Part shown: positions 11,501 through 25,799 of the stretch, one piece after another
How positions within the stretch are numbered: the first letter of the stretch is position 1
How the letters are laid out: each line of letters begins with the position of its first letter
Origin: Eledone cirrhosa
Lineage: Eukaryota
NCBI GenBank assembly: GCA_964016885.1
Contig: OZ024740.1
Coordinates: forward strand, 415,586,001-415,650,000
DNA length: 64,000 nucleotides
Direction: 5' to 3'
Position numbers and translations under genes: made by a program
The notes under the pieces: generated by a model
The model's database searches: none
Told to the model about the DNA's origin: nothing
What the model saw: the letters and a program-made list of their open reading frames with translations, nothing else

Positions 11501-14500
11501 GTTGTGTATGGGGGATGACAGTGAATCAGATATAGTGTGTAAGAGAGAACACTCTGGGTATGGACATATGTTGTGTATGGGGGATGACAGTTAATCAGAT
11601 ATAGTGTGTAAGAGAGAACACTGTGGGTATGGACATATATTGTGTATGAGGGATGACAGTGAATCAGATATAGTGTGTAAGAGAGAACTCTGTGGGTATG
11701 GACATATGTTGTGTATGGGGGATGACAGGGAATCAGATATAGTGTGTAAGAGAGAACACTGTGGGTATGGACATATGTTGTGTATGGGGGATGACAGTGA
11801 ATCAGATATAGTGTGTAAGAGAGAACACTGTGGGTATGGACATATGTTGTGTATGGGGGATGACAGTGAATCAGATATAGAGTGTAAGAGAGAACACTGT
11901 GGGTATGGACATATGTTGTGTATGGGAGATGACAGTAAATAAGTTATAGTGTGTAAGAGAGAACACTGAGGGTATGGACATATGTTGTGTATGGGGGATG
12001 ACAGTAAATCAGATATAGTGTGTAAGAGACAACACTGTGGGTATGGACATATGTTGTGTATGGTGGTTGACAGTGAATCAGATATAGTGTGTAAGAGAGA
12101 ACACTGTGGCTATGGACATATGTTGTGTAAGGTGGTTGACAGTGAATCAGATATAGTGTGTAAGAGAGAACACTGTGGGTATGGACATATGTTGTGTATG
12201 GGGGATGACAGTCAATCAGATATAGAGTGTAAGGAGAACACTGTGGGTATGGACATATGTTGTGTATGGGGGATGACAGTAAATCAGATATAGTGTGTAA
12301 GAGAGAACACTGTGGGTATGGACATATGTTGTGTATGGGGGATGACAGTGAATCAAATATAGTGTGTAAGAGAGAACACTGTGGGTATGGACATATGTTG
12401 TATATGGGGGACGACAGTGAATCAGATATAGTGTGTAAGAGAGAACACTGTGGGTATGGACATATGTTGTGTATGGGGGATGACAGTGAATCAAATATAG
12501 TGTGTAAGAGAGAACACTGTGGGTATGGACATATGTTGTATATGGGGGATGACAGTGAATCAGATATAGTGTGTAAGAGAGAACACTGTGGGTATGGACA
12601 TATGTTGTGTATGGGGGATGACAGTGAATCAGATATAGAGTGTAAGAGAGAACACTGTGGGTATGGACATATGTTGTGTATGGGGGATGACAGTGAATCA
12701 GATATAGTGTGTAAGAGAGAACACTGTGGGTATGGACATATGTTGTGTATGGGGGATGACAGTGAATCAGATATAGTGTGTAAGAGAGAACACTGTGGGT
12801 ATAGACATATGTTGTGTATGGGGGATGACAGTGAATCAGATATAGTGTGTAAGAGAGTACACTGTGGGTATGCACATATGTTGTGTATGGGGGATGACAG
12901 GGGATCAAATATAGTGTGTAAGAGAGAACACTGTGGGTATGGACATATGTTGTATATGGGGGATGACAGTGAATCAGATATAGTGTGTAAGAGAGAACAC
13001 TGTGGGTATGGACATATGTTGTGTATGGGGGATGACAGTAAATCAGATATAGAGTGTAAGAGAGAACACTGTGGGTATGGACATATGTTGTGTATGGGGG
13101 ATGACAGTGAATAAGATATAGAGTGTAAGAGAGAACACTGTGGGTATGGACATATGTTGTGTATGGTGGTTGACAGTGAATCAGATATAGTGTGTAAGAG
13201 AGAACACTGTGGGTATGGACATATGTTGTGTATGGGGGATGACAGTGAATCAAATATAGTGTGTAAGAGAGAACACCGTGGGTATGGACATATGTTGTGT
13301 ATGGGGGATGACAGTGAATCAAATATAGTGTGTAAGAGAGAACACTGTGGGTATGGACATATGTTGTATATGGGGGATGACAGTGAATCAGATATAGTGT
13401 GTAAGAGAGAACACTGTGGGTATGGACATATGTTGTGTATGGGGGATGACAGTAAATCAGATATAGAGTGTAAGAGAGAACACTGTGGGTATGGACATAT
13501 GTTGTGTATGGGGGATGACAGTGAATAAGATATAGAGTGTAAGAGAGAACACTGTGGGTATGGACATATGTTGTGTATGGGGGATGACAGTGAATCAGAT
13601 ATAGTGTGTAAGAGAGAACACTGTGGGTATGGACATATGTTGTGTATGGGGGATGACAGTGAATCAGATATAGTGTGTTAGAGAATACTGTGGGTATGGA
13701 CATATGTTGTGTATGGGGGATGACAGTAAATCAGATATAGAGTGTAAGAGAGAACACTGTGGGTATGGACATATGTTGTGTATGGGGATGACAGTGAATA
13801 AGATATAGTGTGTAAGAGAGAACACTGTGGGGATGGACATATGTTGTGTATGGGGGATGACAGTGAATCAGATATAGTGTGTAAGAGAGAACACTGTGGG
13901 TATGGACATATGTTGTGTATGGGGGATGACAGTGAATCAGATATAGTATGTAAGAGAGAACACTGTGGGTTTGGACATATGTTGTGTATGGGGGATGACA
14001 GTGAATCAGATATAGTGTGTAAGAGAGAAAACTGTGGGTATGGACATATGTTGTGTATGGGGGATGACAGTGAATCAGATATAGTGTGTAAGAGAGAACA
14101 CTGTGGGTATGGACATATGTTGTGTATGGGGGAAGACAGTGAATCAGATATAGTGTGTAAGAGTGAACACTGTCGGTATGGACATATGTTGTGTATGGGG
14201 GAAGACAGTGAATCATATATAGAGTGTAAGAGAGAACACTGTGGGTATGGACATATGTTGTGTATGGGGGATGACAGTGAATCAGATATAGAGTGTAAGA
14301 GAGAACACTGTGGGTATGGACATATGTTGTGTATGGGGGATGACAGTGAATCAGATATTGTGTGTAAGAGAGAACACTGTGGGTATGGACATATGTTGTG
14401 TATGGGCATGACAGTGAATCAGATATAGTATGTAAGAGAGAACACTGTGGCTATGGACATATGTTGTGTATGGGGGATGACAGTAAATCAGATATAGAGT

Positions 14501-17500
14501 GTAAGAGAGAACACTGTGGGTATGGACATATGTTGTGTATGGGGGATGACAGTCAATCAGATATTGTGTGTAAGAGAGAACACTGTGGGTATGGACATAT
14601 GTTGTGTATGGGGGATGACAGTGAATCAGATATAGTATGTACGAGAGAACACTGTGGGTATGGACATATGTTGTGTATGGGGGATGACAGTAAATCAGAT
14701 ATAGAGTGTAAGAGAGAACACTGTGGGTATGGACATATGTTGTGTATGGGGGATGACAGTGAATCAGATATAGTGTGTAAGAGAGAACACTGTGGGTATG
14801 GACATATGTTGTGTATGGGGGATGAGAGTAAATCAGATATAGAGTGTAAGAGAGAACACTGTGGGTATGGACATATGTTGTGTATGGGGGATGACAGTGA
14901 ATCAGATATAGTGTGTAAGAGAGAACACTGTGGGTATGTACATATGTTGTGTATGGGGGATGACAGTAATTCAGATATAGAGTGTAAGAGAGAACACTGT
15001 GGGTATGGACATATGTTGTGTATGGGGGATGACAGTGAATCAGATATAGTGTGTAAGAGAGAATACTGTGGGTATGGACATATGTTGTGTATGGGGGATG
15101 ACAGTAAATCAGATATAGAGTGTAAGAGAGAACACTGTGGGTATGGACATATGTTGTGTATGGGGATGACAGTGAATAAGATATAGTGTGTAAGAGAGAA
15201 CACTGTGGGGATGGACATATGTTGTGTATGGGGGATGACAGTGAATCAGATATAGTGTGTAAGAGAGAACACTGTGGGTATGGACATATGTTGTGTATGG
15301 GGGATGACAATGAATCAGATATAGTGTGTAAGAGAGAACACTGTGGGTATGGACATATGTTGAGTATGGGGGATGACAGTGAATCAGATATAGTGTGTAA
15401 GAGAGAAAACTGTGGGTATGGACATATGTTGTGTATGGGTGATGACAGTGAATCAGATATAGTGTGTAAGAGAGAACACTGTGGGTATGGACATATGTTG
15501 TGTATGGGGGAAGACAGTGAATCAGATATAGTGTGTAAGAGTGAACACTGTCGGTATGGACATATGTTGTGTATGGGGGAAGACAGTGAATCATATATAG
15601 AGTGTAAGAGAGAACACTGTGGGTATGGACATATGTTGTGTATGGGGGAAGACAGTGAATCAGATATAGTGTGTAAGAGTGAACACTGTCGGTATGGACA
15701 TATGTTGTGTATGGGTGAAGACAGTGAATCATATATAGAGTGTAAGAGAGAACACTGTGGGTATGGACATATGTTGTGTATGGGGGATGACAGTGATTCA
15801 GATATAGAGTGTAAGAGAGAACACTGTGGGTATGGACATATGTTGTGTATGGGGGATGACAGTGAATCAGATATTGTGTGTAAGAGAGAACACTGTAGGT
15901 ATGGACATATGTTGTGTATGGGGCATGACAGTGAATCAGATATAGTATGTAAGAGAGAACACTGTGGCTATGGACATATGTTGTGTATGGGGGATGACAG
16001 TAAATCAGATATAGAGTGTAATAGAGAACATATGTTGTGTATGGGGGATGACAGTAAATCAGATATAGTGTGTAAGAGAGAACACTGTGGGTATGGACAT
16101 ATGTTGTGTATGGGGGATGACAGTAAATCAGATATAGTGTGTAAGAGAGAACATATGTTGTGTATGGGGGATGACAGTAAATCAGATATAGTGTGTAAGA
16201 GAGAACACTGTGGGTATGGACATATGTTGTGTATGGGGGATGACAGTGAATCAGATATAGTGTGTAAGAGAGAACACTGTGGGTATGGACATATGTTGTG
16301 TATGGGGGATGACAGTAAATCAGATATTGTGTGTAAGAGAGAACACTGTGGGTATGGACATATGTTGTGTATGGGGGATGACAGTGAATCAGATATTGTG
16401 TGTAAGAGAGAACACTGTGGGTATGGACATATGTTGTGTATGGGGGATGACAGTGAATCAGATATTGTGTGTAAGAGAGAACACTGTGGGTATGGACATA
16501 TGTTGTGTATGGGGGATGACAGTGAATCAGATATAGTATGTACGAGAGAACACTGTGGGTATGGACATATGTTGTGTATGGGGGATGACAGTAAATCAGA
16601 TATAGAGTGTAAGAGAGAACACTGTGGGTATGTACATATGTTGTGTATGGGGGATGACAGTAATTCAGATATAGAGTGTAAGAGAGAACACTGTGGGTAT
16701 GGACATATGTTGTGTATAGGGGATGACAGTGAATCAGATATAGTGTGTAAGAGAGAACACTGTGGGTATGGACATATGTTGTGTATGGGGGATGACAGTG
16801 AATCAGATATAGTGTGTAAGAGAGAACACTGTGGGTATGGACATATGTTGTGTATGGGGGATGAGAGTAAATCAGATATAGAGTGTAAGAGAGAACACTG
16901 TGGGTATGTACATATGTTGTGTATGGGGGATGACAGTGAATCAGATATAGTGTGTAAGAGAGAACACTGTGGGTATGGACATATGTTGTGTATGGGGGAT
17001 GACAGTAATTCAGATATAGAGTGTAAGAGAGAACACTGTGGGTATGGACATATGTCGTGTATGGGGGATGACAGTGAATCAGATATAGTGTGTAAGAGAG
17101 AACACTGTGGGTATGTACATATGTTGTGTATGGGGGAAGACAGTGAATCAGATATAGAGTGTAAGAGAGAACACTGTGGGTATGGACATATGTTGTGTAT
17201 GGGGGATGACAGTAATTCAGATATAGAGTGTAAGAGAGAACACTGTGGGTATGGACATATGTCGTGTATGGGGGATGACAGTGAATCAGATATAGTGTGT
17301 AAGAGAGAACACTGTGGGTATGGACATATGTTGTGTATGGGGGATGACAATGAATCAGATATAGTGTGTAAGAGAGAACACTGTGGGTATGGACATATGT
17401 TGTGTATGGGGGATGACAGTAAATCAGATATAGAGTGTAAGAGAGAACACTGTGGGTATGTACATATGTTGTGTATGGGGGATGACAGTAATTCAGATAT

Positions 17501-20500
17501 AGAGTGTAAGACAGAACACTGTGGGTATGGACATATGTTGTGTATGGGGGATGACAGTGAATCAGATATAGTGTGTAAGCGAGAACACTGTGGGTATGGA
17601 CATATGTTGTGTATGGGGGAAGACAGTGAATCAGATATAGTGTGTAAGAGAGAACACTGTGGGTATGGACATATGTTGTGTATGGGGGATGACAGTGAAT
17701 CAGATATAGTGTGTAAGAGAGAACACTGTGGGTATGGACATATGTTGTGTATGGGGGATGACAGTGAATCAGATATAGTGTGTAAGAGAGAACACTCTGG
17801 GTATGGACATATGTTGTGTATGGGGGAAGAGAGTGAATCAGATATAGTGTGTAAGAGAGAACACTGTGGGTATGGACATATGTTGTGTATGGGGGATGAC
17901 AGTGAATCAGATATAGAGTGTAAGAGAGAACACTGTGGGTATGGACATATGTTGTGTATGGGGGATGACAGTGAATCAGATATAGTGTGTAAGAGAGAAC
18001 ACTGTGGGTATGGACATATGTTGTGTATGGGGGATGACAGTGAATCAGATATAGTGTGTAAGAGAGAACACTCTGGGTATGGACATATGTTGTGTATGGG
18101 GGATGACAGTTAATCAGATATAGTGTGTAAGAGAGAACACTGTGGGTATGGACATATATTGTGTATGAGGGATGACAGTGAATCAGATATAGTGTGTAAG
18201 AGAGAACTCTGTGGGTATGGACATATGTTGTGTATGGGGGATGACAGGGAATCAGATATAGAGTGTAAGAGAGAACACTGTGGGTATGGACATATGTTGT
18301 GTATGGGAGATGACAGTAAATAAGTTATAGTGTGTAAGAGAGAACACTGAGGGTATGGACATATGTTGTGTATGGGGGATGACAGTAAATCAGATATAGT
18401 GTGTAAGAGACAACACTGTGGGTATGGACATATGTTGTGTATGGTGGTTGACAGTGAATCAGATATAGTGTGTAAGAGAGAACACTGTGGCTATGGACAT
18501 ATGTTGTGTAAGGTGGTTGACAGTGAATCAGATATAGTGTGTAAGAGAGAACACTGTGGGTATGGACATATGTTGTGTATGGGGGATGACAGTCAATCAG
18601 ATATAGAGTGTAAGGAGAACACTGTGGGTATGGACATATGTTGTGTATGGGGGATGACAGTAAATCAGATATAGTGTGTAAGAGAGAACACTGTGGGTAT
18701 GGACATATGTTGTGTATGGGGGATGACAGTGAATCAAATATAGTGTGTAAGAGAGAACACTGTGGGTATGGACATATGTTGTATATGGGGGACGACAGTG
18801 AATCAGATATAGTGTGTAAGAGAGAACACTGTGGGTATGGACATATGTTGTGTATGGGGGATGACAGTGAATCAAATATAGTGTGTAAGAGAGAACACTG
18901 TGGGTATGGACATATGTTGTATATGGGGGATGACAGTGAATCAGATATAGTGTGTAAGAGAGAACACTGTGGGTATGGACATATGTTGTGTATGGGGGAT
19001 GACAGTGAATCAGATATAGAGTGTAAGAGAGAACACTGTGGGTATGGACATATGTTGTGTATGGGGGATGACAGTGAATCAGATATAGTGTGTAAGAGAG
19101 AACACTGTGGGTATGGACATATGTTGTGTATGGGGGATGACAGTGAATCAGATATAGTGTGTAAGAGAGAACACTGTGGGTATAGACATATGTTGTGTAT
19201 GGGGGATGACAGTGAATCAGATATAGTGTGTAAGAGAGTACACTGTGGGTATGCACATATGTTGTGTATGGGGGATGACAGGGGATCAAATATAGTGTGT
19301 AAGAGAGAACACTGTGGGTATGGACATATGTTGTATATGGGGGATGACAGTGAATCAGATATAGTGTGTAAGAGAGAACACTGTGGGTATGGACATATGT
19401 TGTGTATGGGGGATGACAGTAAATCAGATATAGAGTGTAAGAGAGAACACTGTGGGTATGGACATATGTTGTGTATGGGGGATGACAGTGAATAAGATAT
19501 AGAGTGTAAGAGAGAACACTGTGGGTATGGACATATGTTGTGTATGGTGGTTGACAGTGAATCAGATATAGTGTGTAAGAGAGAACACTGTGGGTATGGA
19601 CATATGTTGTGTATGGGGGATGACAGTGAATCAAATATAGTGTGTAAGAGAGAACACCGTGGGTATGGACATATGTTGTGTATGGGGGATGACAGTGAAT
19701 CAAATATAGTGTGTAAGAGAGAACACTGTGGGTATGGACATATGTTGTATATGGGGGATGACAGTGAATCAGATATAGTGTGTAAGAGAGAACACTGTGG
19801 GTATGGACATATGTTGTGTATGGGGGATGACAGTAAATCAGATATAGAGTGTAAGAGAGAACACTGTGGGTATGGACATATGTTGTGTATGGGGGATGAC
19901 AGTGAATAAGATATAGAGTGTAAGAGAGAACACTGTGGGTATGGACATATGTTGTGTATGGGGGATGACAGTGAATCAGATATAGTGTGTAAGAGAGAAC
20001 ACTGTGGGTATGGACATATGTTGTGTATGGGGGATGACAGTGAATCAGATATAGTGTGTTAGAGAATACTGTGGGTATGGACATATGTTGTGTATGGGGG
20101 ATGACAGTAAATCAGATATAGAGTGTAAGAGAGAACACTGTGGGTATGGACATATGTTGTGTATGGGGATGACAGTGAATAAGATATAGTGTGTAAGAGA
20201 GAACACTGTGGGGATGGACATATGTTGTGTATGGGGGATGACAGTGAATCAGATATAGTGTGTAAGAGAGAACACTGTGGGTATGGACATATGTTGTGTA
20301 TGGGGGATGACAGTGAATCAGATATAGTATGTAAGAGAGAACACTGTGGGTTTGGACATATGTTGTGTATGGGGGATGACAGTGAATCAGATATAGTGTG
20401 TAAGAGAGAAAACTGTGGGTATGGACATATGTTGTGTATGGGGGATGACAGTGAATCAGATATAGTGTGTAAGAGAGAACACTGTGGGTATGGACATATG

Positions 20501-21800
20501 TTGTGTATGGGGGAAGACAGTGAATCAGATATAGTGTGTAAGAGTGAACACTGTCGGTATGGACATATGTTGTGTATGGGGGAAGACAGTGAATCATATA
20601 TAGAGTGTAAGAGAGAACACTGTGGGTATGGACATATGTTGTGTATGGGGGATGACAGTGAATCAGATATAGAGTGTAAGAGAGAACACTGTGGGTATGG
20701 ACATATGTTGTGTATGGGGGATGACAGTGAATCAGATATTGTGTGTAAGAGAGAACACTGTGGGTATGGACATATGTTGTGTATGGGCATGACAGTGAAT
20801 CAGATATAGTATGTAAGAGAGAACACTGTGGCTATGGACATATGTTGTGTATGGGGGATGACAGTAAATCAGATATAGAGTGTAAGAGAGAACACTGTGG
20901 GTATGGACATATGTTGTGTATGGGGGATGACAGTCAATCAGATATTGTGTGTAAGAGAGAACACTGTGGGTATGGACATATGTTGTGTATGGGGGATGAC
21001 AGTGAATCAGATATAGTATGTACGAGAGAACACTGTGGGTATGGACATATGTTGTGTATGGGGGATGACAGTAAATCAGATATAGAGTGTAAGAGAGAAC
21101 ACTGTGGGTATGGACATATGTTGTGTATGGGGGATGACAGTAATTCAGATATAGAGTGTAAGAGAGAACACTGTGGGTATGGACATATGTTGTGTATGGG
21201 GGATGACAGTAAATCAGATATAGAGTGTAAGAGAGAACACTGTGGGTATGGACACATGTTGTGTATGGGGGATGACAGTGAATCAGATATAGTGTGTAAG
21301 AGAGAACACTGTGGGTATGGACATATGTTGTGTATGGGGGATGAGAGTAAATCAGATATAGAGTGTAAGAGAGAACACTGTGGGTATGGACATATGTTGT
21401 GTATGGGGGATGACAGTGAATCAGATATAGTGTGTAAGAGAGAACACTGTGGGTATGTACATATGTTGTGTATGGGGGATGACAGTAATTCAGATATAGA
21501 GTGTAAGAGAGAACACTGTGGGTATGGACATATGTTGTGTATGGGGGATGACAGTGAATCAGATATAGTGTGTAAGAGAGAATACTGTGGGTATGGACAT
21601 ATGTTGTGTATGGGGGATGACAGTAAATCAGATATAGAGTGTAAGAGAGAACACTGTGGGTATGGACATATGTTGTGTATGGGGATGACAGTGAATAAGA
21701 TATAGTGTGTAAGAGAGAACACTGTGGGGATGGACATATGTTGTGTATGGGGGATGACAGTGAATCAGATATAGTGTGTAAGAGAGAACACTGTGGGTAT
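8520..21800. repeat. Tandem duplication of a ~6.5-kb block (95 monomers; offsets 6519/6381 bp)
   Basis: Near-identical 975-aa pseudo-ORFs at 8667 and 15186 (offset 6519), both with two 15-bp deletions. Pairs 11982/18363, 12257/18638, 13808/20189 and 14398/20779 are offset 6381 (two monomers fewer). Boundaries are approximate. Confidence 0.92.
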
Positions 21801-24800
21801 GGACATATGTTGTGTATGGGGGATGACAATGAATCAGATATAGTGTGTAAGAGAGAACACTGTGGGTATGGACATATGTCGTGTATGGGGGATGACAATG
21901 AATCAGATATAGTGTGTAAGAGAGAACACTGTGGGTATGGACATATGTTGTGTATGGGGGATGACAGTGAATCAGATATAGAGTGTAAGAGAGAACACTG
22001 TGGGTATGTACATATGTTGTGTATGGGGGATGACAGTAATTCAGATATAGAGTGTAAGAGAGAACACTGTGGGTATGGACATATGTTGTGTATGGGGGAT
22101 GACAGTGAATCAGATATAGTGTGTAAGAGAGAACACTGTGGGTATGGACATATGTTGTGTATGGGGGAAGACAGTGAATCAGATATAGTGTGTAAGAGAG
22201 AACACTGTGGGTATGGACATATGTTGTGTATGGGGGATGACAGTGAATCAGATATAGTGTGTAAGAGAGAACACTGTGGGTATGGACATATGTTGTGTAT
22301 GGGGGATGACAGTGAATCAGATATAGTGTGTAAGAGAGAACACTGTGGGTATGGACATATGTTGTGTATGGGGGAAGACAGTGAATCAGATATAGTGTGT
22401 AAGAGAGAACACTGTGGGTATGGACATATGTTGTGTATGGGGGATGACAGTGAATCAGATATAGTGTGTAAGAGAGAACACTGTGGGTATGGACATATGT
22501 TGTGTATGGGGGAAGACAGTGAATCAGATATAGTGTGTAAGAGAGAACACTGTGGGTATGGACATATGTTGTGTATGGGGGATGACAGTAAATCAGATAT
22601 AGAGTGTAAGAGAGAACACTGTGGGTATGGACATATGTTGTGTATGGGGGATGACAGTGAATCAGATATAGTGTGTAAGAGAGAACACTGTGGGTATGGA
22701 CATATGTTGTGTATGGGGGAAGACAGTGAATCAGATATAGTGTGTAAGAGAGAACACTGTGGGTATGGACATATGTTGTGTATGGGGGATGACAGTGAAT
22801 CAGATATAGTGTGTAAGAGAGAACACTGTGGGTATGGACATATGTTGTGTATGGGGGAAGACAGTGAATCAGATATAGTGTGTAAGAGAGAACACTGTGG
22901 GTATGGACATATGTTGTGTATGGGAGATGACAGTGAATCAGATATAGAGTGTAAGAGAGAACACTGTGGGTATGGACATATGTTGTGTATGGGGGATGAC
23001 AGTGAATCAGATATAGTGTGTAAGAGAGAACACTGTGGGTATGGACATATGTTGTGTATGGGGGATGACAGTGAATCAGATATAGTGTGTAAGAGAGAAC
23101 ACTGTGGGTATGGACATATGTTGTGTATGGGGGATGACAGTAAATCAGATATAGAGTGTAAGAGAGAACACTGTGGGTATGGACATATGTTGTGTATGGG
23201 GGATGACAGTGAATAAGATATAGAGTGTAAGAGAGAACACTGTGGGTATGGACATATGTTGTGTATGGTGGTTGACAGTGAATCAGATATAGTGTGTAAG
23301 AGAGAACACTGTGGGTATGGACATATGTTGTGTATGGGGGATGACAGTGAATCAAATATAGTGTGTAAGAGAGAACACCGTGGGTATGGACATATGTTGT
23401 GTATGGGGGATGACAGTGAATCAAATATAGTGTGTAAGAGAGAACACTGTGGGTATGGACATATGTTGTATATGGGGGATGACAGTGAATCAGATATAGT
23501 GTGTAAGAGAGAACACTGTGGGTATGGACATATGTTGTGTATGGGGGATGACAGTAAATCAGATATAGAGTGTAAGAGAGAACACTGTGGGTATGGACAT
23601 ATGTTGTGTATGGGGGATGACAGTGAATAAGATATAGAGTGTAAGAGAGAACACTGTGGGTATGGACATATGTTGTGTATGGGGGATGACAGTGAATCAG
23701 ATATAGTGTGTAAGAGAGAACACTGTGGGTATGGACATATGTTGTGTATGGGGGATGACAGTGAATCAGATATAGTGTGTTAGAGAATAATGTGGGTATG
23801 GACATATGTTGTGTATGGGGGATGACAGTAAATCAGATATAGAGTGTAAGATAGAACACTGTGGGTATGGACATATGTTGTGTATGGGGGATGACAGTGA
23901 ATCAGATATAGTGTGTAAGAGAGAACACTGTGGGTATGGACATATGTTGTGTATGGGGGATGACAGTGAATCAGATATAGTATGTAAGAGAGAACACTGT
24001 GGGTTTGGACATATGTTGTGTATGGGGGATGACAGTGAATCAGATATAGTGTGTAAGAGAGAAAACTGTGGGTATGGACATATGTTGTGTATGGGGGATG
24101 ACAGTGAATCAGATATAGTGTGTAAGAGAGAACACTGTGGGTATGGACATATGTTGTGTATGGGGGAAGACAGTGAATCAGATATAGTGTGTAAGAGTGA
24201 ACACTGTCGGTATGGACATATGTTGTGTATGGGGGAAGACAGTGAATCATATATAGAGTGTAAGAGAGAACACTGTGGGTATGGACATATGTTGTGTATG
24301 GGGGATGACAGTGAATCAGATATAGAGTGTAAGAGAGAACACTGTGGGTATGGACATATGTTGTGTATGGGGGATGACAGTGAATCAGATATTGTGTGTA
24401 AGAGAGAACACTGTGGGTATGGACATATGTTGTGTATGGGCATGACAGTGAATCAGATATAGTATGTAAGAGAGAACACTGTGGCTATGGACATATGTTG
24501 TGTATGGGGGATGACAGTAAATCAGATATAGAGTGTAAGAGAGAACACTGTGGGTATGGACATATGTTGTGTATGGGGGATGACAGTCAATCAGATATTG
24601 TGTGTAAGAGAGAACACTGTGGGTATGGACATATGTTGTGTATGGGGGATGACAGTGAATCAGATATAGTATGTACGAGAGAACACTGTGGGTATGGACA
24701 TATGTTGTGTATGGGGGATGACAGTAAATCAGATATAGAGTGTAAGAGAGAACACTGTGGGTATGGACATATGTTGTGTATGGGGGATGACAGTAATTCA

Positions 24801-25750
24801 GATATAGAGTGTAAGAGAGAACACTGTGCGTATGGACATATGTTGTGTATGGGGGATGACAGTAAATCAGATATAGAGTGTAAGAGAGAACACTGTGGGT
24901 ATGGACATATGTTGTGTATGGGGGATGACAGTGAATCAGATATAGTGTGTAAGAGAGAACACTGTGGGTATGGACATATGTTGTGTATGGGGGATGAGAG
25001 TAAATCAGATATAGAGTGTAAGAGAGAACACTGTGGGTATGGACATATGTTGTGTATGGGGGATGACAGTGAATCAGATATAGTGTGTAAGAGAGAACAC
25101 TGTGGGTATGTACATATGTTGTGTATGGGGGATGACAGTAATTCAGATATAGAGTGTAAGAGAGAACACTGTGGGTATGGACATATGTTGTGTATGGGGG
25201 ATGACAGTGAATCAGATATAGTGTGTAAGAGAGAATACTGTGGGTATGGACATATGTTGTGGATGGGGGATGACAGTAAATCAGATATAGAGTGTAAGAG
25301 AGAACACTGTGGGTATGGACATATGTTGTGTATGGGGATGACAGTGAATAAGATACAGTGTGTAAGAGAGAACACTGTGGGGATGGACATATGTTGTGTA
25401 TGGGGGATGACAGTGAATCAGATATAGTGTGTAAGAGAGAACACTGTGGGTATGGACATATGTTGTGTATGGGGGATGACAATGAATCAGATATAGTGTG
25501 TAAGAGAGAACACTGTGGGTATGGACATATGTCGTGTATGGGGGATGACAATGAATCAGATATAGTGTGTAAGAGAGAACACTGTGGGTATGGACATATG
25601 TTGTGTATGGGGGATGACAGTGAATCAGATATAGAGTGTAAGAGAGAACACTGTGGGTATGTACATATGTTGTGTATGGGGGATGACAGTAATTCAGATA
25701 TAGAGTGTAAGAGAGAACACTGTGGGTATGGACATATGTTGTGTATGGGG
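19400..25750. repeat. Tandem duplication, offsets 3721/3653 bp (54/53 monomers)
   Basis: Pseudo-ORF pairs 19535/23256 (3721), 20779/24432 and 21705/25358 (3653). The copies share CACCGTGG and the 2-bp deletion GTGTGTTAGAGAAT. Confidence 0.8.
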
Positions 25751-25799
25751 GATGACAGTAAATCAGATATAGAGTGTAAGAGAGAACACTGTGGGTATG

